Origin: an uncultured Cryomorphaceae bacterium
GTDB taxonomy: Bacteria; Bacteroidota; Bacteroidia; Flavobacteriales_D; SKUL01
NCBI GenBank assembly: GCA_964487545.1
Contig: CAZARI010000007.1
Coordinates: forward strand, 19,634 to 83,633
Direction: 5' to 3'
Length of the DNA stretch: 64,000 nucleotides
In this document: piece by piece, positions 48,468 to 56,976 of the stretch
Layout of the letters: each line of letters opens with the position of its first letter
Position numbering within the stretch: the first letter of the stretch is position 1
Program-made: the position numbers and the translations under genes
Notes under the pieces: model-generated
The model's database searches: none
Told to the model about the DNA's origin: nothing
Seen by the model: the letters and a program-made list of their open reading frames with translations, nothing else

Positions 48468-49697
48468 TTATTGGCGATTCTGAATCAGGATATCTTTGGC
48501 CATTTTCATCGGAATTCCGATATACTTCTTTTCAAAGTAATCCATCATCTTCTCAATCACTTCTTTTGATTGATCGTCGAGGGATTCCATTTCGCGATGA
48601 AAAATTTTGCTCATGGCCGTTTCGCGAATTTCCTTAATCTTCACCGGAATAGCTCCCAGTGCGCGCTCTACCTGCCGTTCGCGAAACATCAGTTCAAACT
48701 CAGTGACACATTTGGCGATAATTTCTTCGCAGCAGGCCACTTCTTGTTTTCGCGATTTCAGGTTTTCGCGTGCCACCTCCTGCAGGGTTTCTACATTGAG
48801 GTATCGAACTTTTCGCTCTTCCATCACTTCGGGTGCCACATCGTTTGGAACGGCCAAATCGATGACCACTTTTTGATGCGACTCATTAGCCAACAATTGC
48901 TGATAGATTTCTGGTGTGATGACGTGTTCTGCAGATCCGGTGCAGGTAATCAGCACGTCGAAACCTCCGGTGTGTTCGGGAAGTTGATCGAGTGATTTGG
49001 CGGTACCTTTCAATTCGGACGCCAGCTCTTGGGCGTTGGTGAGCGTGCGGTTGTAGACTGTAAAATTGCTGAATCCGTGTTTGAGCAGAAACTTGCTCAT
49101 GGTGCGATTGGTTTTTCCTGCACCAACAATGACCACGCGTGCCGATAAATCTACGCTGAAATCGCGCAGGGCTTTGTAGGCCAGCGACACCACGGAGACA
49201 GGTTTTCGAGCGATATCCGTTTCGGTATACACCTGCTTGGCCGTTTCGATGGTTTTTCGCATCACCAGCCGGATGGTATCACCCGAGAGTTTCATTGCGC
49301 GTGAATTGTCGAAAGCTTGGCGCACCTGGGTAATGATTTCGCGCTCGCCTACCACCATTGAATCGAGTGAGGCCGCGACGCGAAACAAGTGCTCGATGGC
49401 GTTCAAACCTTCGTATGTTTCGGCAACGGCGTGAAACTCGGTGTAGGAAACCGCGGCGTTTTCAGGAAAGAGTTGCTCGTGAAGCTTGCGCAGAAAAACC
49501 TCATCGACTATCACTGCACCGTAAAACAAAAACTCAACCCGGTTGCAGGTGGTGAGGTACATCACCTCTTCCATTCCGAGGTTGTCTCGCAGGGCAGTTA
49601 GCCGTTGCTGTTGTTCTTTTTCATCAATGTGAAAATGGCCGACAACTCCGAGTGATGCGGTTTTATGAGAGATGCTGATTGCACTTAGGTTCTTCAA
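48468..49697 (-). CDS. hemA: Glutamyl-tRNA reductase
   Basis: TCNRVE, HLFRVAASLDSMVVGEREI, GAGKT, NRT, DLAVPND; TTG start. Confidence 0.95.
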   Translation of the reverse strand: MKNLSAISISHKTASLGVVGHFHIDEKEQQQRLTALRDNLGMEEVMYLTTCNRVEFLFYGAVIVDEVFLRKLHEQLFPENAAVSYTEFHAVAETYEGLNAIEHLFRVAASLDSMVVGEREIITQVRQAFDNSRAMKLSGDTIRLVMRKTIETAKQVYTETDIARKPVSVVSLAYKALRDFSVDLSARVVIVGAGKTNRTMSKFLLKHGFSNFTVYNRTLTNAQELASELKGTAKSLDQLPEHTGGFDVLITCTGSAEHVITPEIYQQLLANESHQKVVIDLAVPNDVAPEVMEERKVRYLNVETLQEVARENLKSRKQEVACCEEIIAKCVTEFELMFRERQVERALGAIPVKIKEIRETAMSKIFHREMESLDDQSKEVIEKMMDYFEKKYIGIPMKMAKDILIQNRQ

Positions 49698-49802
49698 GAA
49701 AAGTCCCTTTTTTGGATTTGGTCACAAAGGTGAGAAATCGTTCATATAGTTTTGTCATAGAAGTGTCAGCAAATCTTTGTTTGGAATGGATATAAATAAG
49801 CG

Positions 49803-51704
49803 CTACCTAACTACAGCCACGCGCACTGAGCGAGATTGGTTGCCATCAGAAACGACCAGCGTGTAGATACCGGTGTTGAGTGATGCAGCCCAGCCCTTGA
49901 GTGCGTGCACGCCTGCTTCTTCTGGCTGAATAACTGTGCTATTGACCATGCGTCCCCACTGGTCGAAAAGCGAAATCTGCAGGGTGCTGTAGCTGTTTGT
50001 TTTCAAAAAGAACGATTCATTTGCCGGATTAGGAAATACCTCCACGCTCAGAATATTCTGGTTGATTTTTTGAACCGACGTCATCACTTTTTCTTGAAGA
50101 ACTTCGTGAATCTGATTAATCTCCGGATTGTATATGGTTTGGGGCAACAGATTTCCGGGCCAGTACAATTCAACCGAGTCGATTTGGGTCATTTCGCCGA
50201 GACCAAAATGCACGCGCTTATCGTTGTGAGAAGCGAAGCCCGAGCCCGGATCTACTTCGCGAATCAACATTCTGCCACCGGCATAGAGCTTAACCTGCGC
50301 CCCAATTCCGTGTGGGGCCGACGTGACGCTTTTCAAAGCAAACATCACGTAGTTGTTATCGTTTTCGATGTTGTTTAAATACAACACCGTTCCCGATGGC
50401 GCTTCATTAAACTGCTCATAAATATTCACCTGCAGAATGTCGATTTTTCCGTCGTTGTTAAAGTCGAAAAATACGGCACCGCGGCCTCGTGCTGAATCGA
50501 GCAGATTCATTTCAGTGGTTACCTCGGTAAAGGTTCCATCTTGATCATTTCTGTATAGCCGATTGGGCACATACTCGATATTGTTAATAAAAGGAAGCGC
50601 CGGCATACGGCCATTACTCACGTATAGGTCGAGATAAGAATCGTTGTCGAAATCAAAAAAGAAAGTGCTCCATCCAGCAGATAAAACACCGTTGTGATCG
50701 GTATCTTCAACTCCAGCTTCGGTGGTTTTATCGATCCACGGGCCATCGGATTCCTGGGCCAGCAACACATTGCGTCCGATATTGGTAAAGTAATAATCCA
50801 AGTCACCGTCTTCGTCATAATCACCAATGGCCACTCCCATAGCGTAGATTCCAATTTCTGTTGCGGTCGCTTCCGAAACATCTTCAAATCCATTGGCCTG
50901 TCCTGCGAAAAGCTTATTGGGCAACACCCACTGGCCAAAGTCGTTGACCACCATCAAGTCGGTAAATTCATCGCCGTTGTAATTGGTAGCCACCACAGCA
51001 AGTCCACACCCTTGGTCGTCGACCTGAAATGCTTCGGCTTCGTTTTCAAAAAACAGCCCCATATTGTTAATGTAGAGCTTATTGGCAAAACACTGGTGGG
51101 CGAATCCGTTGATCGACCCGTTCTGATCAAAAGTGAATTCTGACTGCTCCACGTAGTCCACCACATAAATATCGAGCAGACCATCCATGTTTACATCGAG
51201 CAAGGTAGCTGATGCGCTAAAGGCTGGATGATAAATGCCGGCCATGCCGCCAACATTGGTAAAGGTATTGTCGCCATTGTTATAGAGCAACTGATTGGAG
51301 GCGTTAAAATTGGGTCCGCCGCCGGTTTCTACAAACTGCCAGGTGGTGATAAATAGATCTTCGTAGCCATCGTTGTTAAAATCTCCGGCCACGCCGCCGA
51401 GCGTGTAAAAATTGTTGAGCATCGTCAACATGGAAGAATGTGAAATATCGGTAAAATACTCACCGTTATTGTTCAGCAACATGCGCTCGCCACCTCTTCC
51501 TCCAGGCAAATACACATCCATGAATCCATCGTTGTTGATGTCGATAATCACCGCTCCCCCGCCGATATGCGCCGTAGGATCATAGAGGTGACTTAAGCCG
51601 ATTTCGGTTCTCAACGGAATAAACGGCTGTCCAAAAGCAGAGAAAACCATCAGCATAAAAGAACCAAGCAATATCGGAAAGCGGCTACCCTTTGGGAAAA
51701 TCAT
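49803..51704 (-). CDS. FG-GAP/VCBS repeat plus ASPIC-UnbV (CRTAC1-like) protein with T9SS CTD
   Basis: Repeated D.NNDG..D motifs, GSGFASHNDKRVHFGLG, CTD VFPNPA...LNTGIY. Confidence 0.88.
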   Translation of the reverse strand: MIFPKGSRFPILLGSFMLMVFSAFGQPFIPLRTEIGLSHLYDPTAHIGGGAVIIDINNDGFMDVYLPGGRGGERMLLNNNGEYFTDISHSSMLTMLNNFYTLGGVAGDFNNDGYEDLFITTWQFVETGGGPNFNASNQLLYNNGDNTFTNVGGMAGIYHPAFSASATLLDVNMDGLLDIYVVDYVEQSEFTFDQNGSINGFAHQCFANKLYINNMGLFFENEAEAFQVDDQGCGLAVVATNYNGDEFTDLMVVNDFGQWVLPNKLFAGQANGFEDVSEATATEIGIYAMGVAIGDYDEDGDLDYYFTNIGRNVLLAQESDGPWIDKTTEAGVEDTDHNGVLSAGWSTFFFDFDNDSYLDLYVSNGRMPALPFINNIEYVPNRLYRNDQDGTFTEVTTEMNLLDSARGRGAVFFDFNNDGKIDILQVNIYEQFNEAPSGTVLYLNNIENDNNYVMFALKSVTSAPHGIGAQVKLYAGGRMLIREVDPGSGFASHNDKRVHFGLGEMTQIDSVELYWPGNLLPQTIYNPEINQIHEVLQEKVMTSVQKINQNILSVEVFPNPANESFFLKTNSYSTLQISLFDQWGRMVNSTVIQPEEAGVHALKGWAASLNTGIYTLVVSDGNQSRSVRVAVVR

Positions 51705-51720
51705 ATCAGCTCATTTGGTT

Positions 51721-51728
51721 CAAATATA
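51721..51728 (-). promoter_or_regulatory. Promoter -7 box (TATATTTG)
   Basis: TAnnTTTG match on the minus strand, 16 nt upstream of ATG 51704. Confidence 0.5.
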
Positions 51729-51802
51729 AGCTTATCTGCCCCAAATGAAGTGTAAAAACCCCCTTGATTGCCTTCCATAGGATTAGCCCATTTTTAGCGA
51801 CT

Positions 51803-53710
51803 TTAGTTTTCTGTTTCGACCAAACTCATGGTGATAATGCGGTCGGTTTGTCTCAGGTTCCAAACCACGTCCATTCCATTGACAATCGCACCGAAAATAG
51901 TATAGCGTCCATCGAGGTGCGGTGTGTTTCGATGGGTAACAAACCACTGGGTGCTTTCGGTATCTTTTCCGGCCGATGCCATGCCCACCACGCCTGGGCC
52001 AAAATGAAGTGGAGAAAATTCTGAGCGCAGCAGCACGTTGCCACTACCATATCCATCGCCAAGCGGGCAGCCGGTTTGCACCACAAAATTGGGTACCACA
52101 CGGTGAAAAAATTTATTGTTAAAGTATTCCTCGCGCAGCAGCCGAAGGAAATAAGAAACCGTTGCCGGTGCGTCTTCGGTAAGCAAAACAAGCTGAAATG
52201 CTCCTGCGGTGGTTTCAACGGTTATCTCCGGCTGAATGCCGACCTGTTCGAGCAGTTTCCAATCGATTTCCCAGTATGGTAATTCCAGATTTTTATGTGA
52301 ACTTCTGCCAGTTGCTGCCTGTGCTTCATTCAATTCCATCCAGGCTTCGATCCCTTCGGGAATTGTCAAGGCGGCCAGGGCTTCGGTGAATGAAATTTCA
52401 GCAAAACAAGCCCTAAATCGAAAGTCATCGTTTTGCAATTGTTGGCCCAGAAAAGCCAGTTGACCGATATCGCTTTTTTCCAGTGCTCGCGTGGCGAGCC
52501 CCTTCCACGCGTTGCAATCGGCACGCGATTTTTCCATTTGCTTCCACCGCGCGATAAATGCACCCGTTGCCACTTGCGGATTATTAAGGTTAGCGAGCGA
52601 ATCCAATAAAGCCGAGGCTTCAGGAAACACAGTTAGGGCGTCCACCATGGCTGCCAGTTCGTCGGCCCTAAGTTGTGGCAGGCTTTGGAGCCATTCATGG
52701 TAGACTGTTTCGCGCAGGTCCGTGCGTTGCAGGGCGGCTTTGAGAAGTAGGCCACGCACCCCCGCGTTGGGATGAGCGATGACTTGTTGTCGCAGGCGAT
52801 CGGCGGGAGCCAGGTCGGGATATTGGGCAAAAAACTGTGCAGCCGCGAGTGCCACATTGGGGTTTCCGTCGAAGAGGGCTTCGGCCACTGATGCTACACC
52901 GCTCCGCATACTTGTCAGGGTTTGCACTGCATTGACGCGCACGCCGGGATGTTGATCATAAACCACTATTTCTGCGAGGAGGCTTTCGCTGGGCAAACCC
53001 GTGTGTGCCAGCGCTGCGACTGCTGCCATGCGCACTTCGGCTACGGGGTCGTTGGCTGCCACTTGAAGTAAACTGCTCATATCCTGCGAAAACCTGCCAA
53101 ACCGCCAGAAAAAATGTACCACTGCCAATCGGGTTTCGTCAAATTCGGAAAACAGCAACCCGTGCATGATGCGCTCGTGATCATCATCGGCGGTGTGGTT
53201 TGCCGCCAGGTGGTATATTCCCCATGCCAGACCCGATTCATCAAAGAGGAACTGCGGTTGGTAGGTTTTGAGAAACGACCCTGCCGCTGGTGTGCTGCAC
53301 TTTCCGATGGCTTCGAGGGCTTGGGTGCGAATGGCTGTGGTGGTGTCGCGCTTCACCAGTGCAATCAGTGCTTGCGCGGCTTTTTGGGTGCGCAACTGGC
53401 CGAGTGCAAAGGCCGCCATTAATCGTACTTCGGGTTCTGGATCATGAAGCGCTTCGGTGAGGGCTTCGGCGGCGAGCGTGTCCTGAACCGAACCGAGTGC
53501 CATAGCGGCTTCGGCACGAAAGAACGGGTCGTTGTGGTGGAGGAAATCGGTTAGTGCCCGCGTATTTCGGCTGTTTTTAAGTTCGTGAATTTCCCGCATT
53601 TCAACGCTGCTCCACTTGCTGTCTTGGGAGGGAGCAAATGCAGGATCGTGTGGTGCGGAGCACGATAGCATGGCGATGAGGACGATAAAAATGGGGTAGC
53701 GAAGGGTCAT
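51803..53710 (-). CDS. Lipoprotein with HEAT repeats and a C-terminal cyclophilin PPIase domain
   Basis: Lipobox MLSC, HEAT-like repeats (VRLMAAFALGQL, VRMAAVAAL, VRVNAVQTL), FHRVVPNFVVQTG and PHLDGRYTIFG. Confidence 0.88.
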   Translation of the reverse strand: MTLRYPIFIVLIAMLSCSAPHDPAFAPSQDSKWSSVEMREIHELKNSRNTRALTDFLHHNDPFFRAEAAMALGSVQDTLAAEALTEALHDPEPEVRLMAAFALGQLRTQKAAQALIALVKRDTTTAIRTQALEAIGKCSTPAAGSFLKTYQPQFLFDESGLAWGIYHLAANHTADDDHERIMHGLLFSEFDETRLAVVHFFWRFGRFSQDMSSLLQVAANDPVAEVRMAAVAALAHTGLPSESLLAEIVVYDQHPGVRVNAVQTLTSMRSGVASVAEALFDGNPNVALAAAQFFAQYPDLAPADRLRQQVIAHPNAGVRGLLLKAALQRTDLRETVYHEWLQSLPQLRADELAAMVDALTVFPEASALLDSLANLNNPQVATGAFIARWKQMEKSRADCNAWKGLATRALEKSDIGQLAFLGQQLQNDDFRFRACFAEISFTEALAALTIPEGIEAWMELNEAQAATGRSSHKNLELPYWEIDWKLLEQVGIQPEITVETTAGAFQLVLLTEDAPATVSYFLRLLREEYFNNKFFHRVVPNFVVQTGCPLGDGYGSGNVLLRSEFSPLHFGPGVVGMASAGKDTESTQWFVTHRNTPHLDGRYTIFGAIVNGMDVVWNLRQTDRIITMSLVETEN

Positions 53711-53854
53711 GGACGTGAATTTGAAGTGGCAAATTTCGTGAAAAGTACCGCAACGCTACTGGTCTTTGAAATGCGTCTGAGAAAAGGCCGATAATCTGTG
53801 ATGACAATCCAAAGCTTTTAGCTGAATGACCGACTGCGTTGATGTTAATGAACA

Positions 53855-54031
53855 GCGTGAGGGATTGAAGCGGCATCCTTTTGCGCTATGGAAAATAGGC
53901 GTTGCGATGGCCACTGATTTGATTTATTGACCGGGTTTATCTCCGGGTTTTGATTGCGCAAAAGATAGAGCGGAAAGCCCGACCCAGCCGCAACCCATTC
54001 GTCGTTTTTATGCTGCGGCGGGGGCACGCCC
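53855..54031 (+). ncRNA. Structured repeat/RNA resembling the Flavo-1 motif, long copy
   Basis: Shares GCGTGAGGGAT...AGCCCGACCC...GGGGCACGCCC with 56780-56856. Closing stem GCGTG/CACGC; inner stems TTTTGCGC/GCGCAAAA and GCCGCA/TGCGGC. The Flavo-1 name is from memory and needs an Rfam check. Confidence 0.65.
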
Positions 54032-54042
54032 AAAAAGAAAAT

Positions 54043-54076
54043 AAAAAAGGACCAAAGCCGTTGCTCCAGTTCTTTT
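54043..54076 (-). terminator. Rho-independent terminator of the PNGase F-like gene
   Basis: Minus strand AAAAGAAC...GTCCTTTT stem with inner AGC/GCT pairs, followed by a U-rich run, 17 nt after the stop. Confidence 0.6.
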
Positions 54077-54093
54077 AGAAAACTTATTTCCCT

Positions 54094-56412
54094 TTAGTTT
54101 ACTACCAACCTCGTGCTATATTGATCGGTGGTGTTGTACACTTTGATGAAATACACTCCCGGGCCAACGTCTTGTAAATTAAACGTGTTGCTGCGCAGGA
54201 CAAAGTTATTTTTAAAGAAATAGGTTTTGATGGACACGCCTTTTATGTCGAATATTTGGACTATCAGGTCCTTCATATTTTCTTTGAGTGCCAGATTAAA
54301 GGTGCCGCTGTTTGGGTTGGGAAACAGCTCGATTTGATTCAGATTTTCGACTTGGTGATGATGGGTGGAAACGACATTTAACACGGTGTTTGATTTATAG
54401 ATTGCGTAGCCACCAATGCGATAGTGTGGGTTGTAGCCGTCGTTGCAATCGGGGCAGGTTTGTCCAGTAACGCAGTTTGGATTATTGGGGTGACAGTGGT
54501 CTTGATAGCTGGGTTGAAACTCGTAATCGAATGTAAAGGCGCTGGAAATATGTGGGGTTAAATCATAGGTGTATGGACTTGGGATGGTTCCCGGGCACCA
54601 TCCGGCGCGATCGTGCTGCCAGGTTCCAAATTGTGGCGAACAACCGTCGGGGTTGGGGTTGCAAATCACTTTCATGTTCTGGGTAAAGGTGTTGGCACCA
54701 TCTACTTTGAGCCGGTGCGTGGCGAAGTAAAATTCAGCAGCATTTCCAGTGTTATTTTGCCCCCATCCGTGGCCGGTGGTAACGAGTCTGAATGTTGCGA
54801 TTTCGGTGTTGTCGGGCGCATCAATGGTGCGTTGTGGCATGGGCTGCAGATTGGCTGGATCGCCAAAGTTGTAGGTTCCGTGCCACACCTCTTGTATAGC
54901 GGTGTAGGTATATTCGGGAGTTCCGGCTTGGTAGGTGAGGTTAAGGTCCATTTTCCAGCCGCCGGTTCCCCAGGTTTCGATATACACCCTGAATTCGACT
55001 TGGCCTTGCAGCACCGATTCGTAATCGGTGACGTCGATGCTGTGGCTGCAGGCCCGACCAAATGGGGTGATGTAGCGAAACAGCTCAATCCAGTTGCCGT
55101 CTCTGTTTTTTATTTGAACGTAGGCCAGTCGGTCCCAGTCGTCGCAACCGCCGGGCACGCCGGGGCAGGTGACAATAAAGTCGGCCATGATTGACTCGAA
55201 CGCGCCCACCGATTGAGGCAGTTGGTAGGTGCCATAATACCATTGCGACCCGATGGTTCCCCAGTCGATAACTGCGTTTTGAAGGGTGGGGGCGGTGGTG
55301 GTTTCAATGGCGTTTGATACCGTTAGATTTTTTTCCATTTGCGATTGCATCCCATTGCTTGATGTGGCTGTGATGACGATGTTATGCTCACCGTATTCTG
55401 AGGGAGTCCACCATGCGGAGTAGTAGCCGTCGTTGTTGATCGACTCCAACAAATCACCATTCACCGAAAAGCTGATGTGGGTAATGTTCAGCGCCTCACT
55501 CTCCTCGGTTTGCGCGCTTGCATAGAGTTTGTACGGCATCAATTCGGGCATCAACACCGGACTTGACTCCAGCAGGCCGGTGTGCACTTCAGGCATAACG
55601 GTGCTCAGGTCTACCACTTCAAAGCTTTGCGTTGCTGTGGCGGCGTAGTATTCAGCATTTCCTTCCTGAATGGCCGAAACGACAACGCTTCCAGATTCAC
55701 CGGTAAAACTGAGAACATCACCGTTGAGGATTGCCGGACCGCTATCCAAGACATAAGTGATCGGCAGCTCGGTGTTGGCGCTTGCGTTGAGCACAAGGTC
55801 TTCACTATCGGTATATTGTTTTGCAATGGGGTCGAATGAAATGATCTGATTGTTTTGGCCGGTGGCGGTGCATCCATCCGAACCGTCTACGGCTACTGCG
55901 TAAATTTCAGAAATGGCGCTATGTGGTCCGTTGTCGTAGGCCGAGTGAAAGACCAATTTAAAATACTTCGCGGTGACCGGCGCAAAATTAAAACCGGTTT
56001 CCTGCCCACTTGCTGCGGGGTTGTCGTATTGCAGCGTTCCGGCCGATTGAACCAATCCCCAATCCACGCCATCGGTGCTTAGAAAAAGCTCGTAGTCTTT
56101 GGGTTTGGTTTGGTTATTATCGAAACGGGAGGTGAAAGAAACGCCTGAAATGTCGTATTCCGCACCCATATCTACCGCGATAAAGTGCGGATATTGGGCG
56201 GTAAAATTTTGCCAGCGGGTATGCCAAAAAGTACTGTTGTTTCCGTCTATGGTGTGGATGGCTCTGCCGTTATTCGGTCCTTCGCCGGTGGTTTCTTCGG
56301 TATCGAATGAGTGGATAGACCACGTGCTGCGATCAATTTCGACGGTAGGGCACTGTGCCATCAGACTTCCGCCCACCAGTAGTGAGCATATCAAAATGTA
56401 AACAGTCTTCAT
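54094..56412 (-). CDS. F5/8 type C (discoidin) plus Ig-like plus PNGase F-like protein with T9SS CTD
   Basis: Discoidin (AIHTIDGNNSTFWHT, AKYFKL, SAISEI); PNGase F motifs CDDWDRLA, ELFRYITPF, NAAEF, RAGWCPG; CTD LFPNPN...GPGVYFIKV. Confidence 0.85.
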   Translation of the reverse strand: MKTVYILICSLLVGGSLMAQCPTVEIDRSTWSIHSFDTEETTGEGPNNGRAIHTIDGNNSTFWHTRWQNFTAQYPHFIAVDMGAEYDISGVSFTSRFDNNQTKPKDYELFLSTDGVDWGLVQSAGTLQYDNPAASGQETGFNFAPVTAKYFKLVFHSAYDNGPHSAISEIYAVAVDGSDGCTATGQNNQIISFDPIAKQYTDSEDLVLNASANTELPITYVLDSGPAILNGDVLSFTGESGSVVVSAIQEGNAEYYAATATQSFEVVDLSTVMPEVHTGLLESSPVLMPELMPYKLYASAQTEESEALNITHISFSVNGDLLESINNDGYYSAWWTPSEYGEHNIVITATSSNGMQSQMEKNLTVSNAIETTTAPTLQNAVIDWGTIGSQWYYGTYQLPQSVGAFESIMADFIVTCPGVPGGCDDWDRLAYVQIKNRDGNWIELFRYITPFGRACSHSIDVTDYESVLQGQVEFRVYIETWGTGGWKMDLNLTYQAGTPEYTYTAIQEVWHGTYNFGDPANLQPMPQRTIDAPDNTEIATFRLVTTGHGWGQNNTGNAAEFYFATHRLKVDGANTFTQNMKVICNPNPDGCSPQFGTWQHDRAGWCPGTIPSPYTYDLTPHISSAFTFDYEFQPSYQDHCHPNNPNCVTGQTCPDCNDGYNPHYRIGGYAIYKSNTVLNVVSTHHHQVENLNQIELFPNPNSGTFNLALKENMKDLIVQIFDIKGVSIKTYFFKNNFVLRSNTFNLQDVGPGVYFIKVYNTTDQYSTRLVVN

Positions 56413-56779
56413 GTTTTTGCAGGTTTTATGGTACTAATGTCGAGGCTAATTTATGCCAATTCCGATCGTAAAAAAAATGAATTGGTTTAGCGTATTACTT
56501 CTCAACCACGGAATAACACCTTCATTGAGTATCAAAAACACCCCTCAATTATTAAACAGCTCACCTGACCACTATATGCAGGAACCAATCGGGTGGCACG
56601 AAAGGATTTAGAAAATACTGGCATAAGTTTTCAAGTCATTCTTAAGTCTAAAACTGGTTTACAAATCAAAGCGGCGTACAAGTACATATTGAAAGGAGGG
56701 TTGGCGAAATGATTCGGGAAAATGAAAAAGAAAAACAACCTCAGTGTCCTGTTCGAGTGACACCGGGGGAATAGCTATA

Positions 56780-56856
56780 GGGCGTGCCCCTGCGGGTCGG
56801 GCTATTCGTTGCAAGTCCTCGCTGCGCTGTGGGCTTTTCACTGCTATCCCTCACGC
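56780..56856 (-). ncRNA. Structured repeat/RNA resembling the Flavo-1 motif, short copy
   Basis: Minus strand GCGTGAGGGATAGCAGTGAAAAGCCCACAGCGCAGCGAGGACTTGCAACGAATAGCCCGACCCGCAGGGGCACGCCC has the same three conserved blocks as 53855-54031, with short arms. Confidence 0.65.
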
Positions 56857-56976
56857 AGATTTGTTCAGGCAATTTCCTTCAAGCGCACCGAATAAAGAAA
56901 GTAGTAGCCTTTTGCCAACTGGCACTGCGTTTTCAGCGTTGCCGTTTCGTTCAAAATGTCCATTGAATGAATGTCT

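Noticed and set aside
56659-56841. 60-aa ORF and other short ORFs over the short Flavo-1-like copy
   Set aside because: They run through the repeat and have no supported promoter or protein family.
56880-56960. Small hairpins (such as TGCCA-AC-TGGCA) between the T9SS gene stop and the short repeat copy
   Set aside because: The stems are only 5 bp with no U tract, too weak to call a terminator or RNA.
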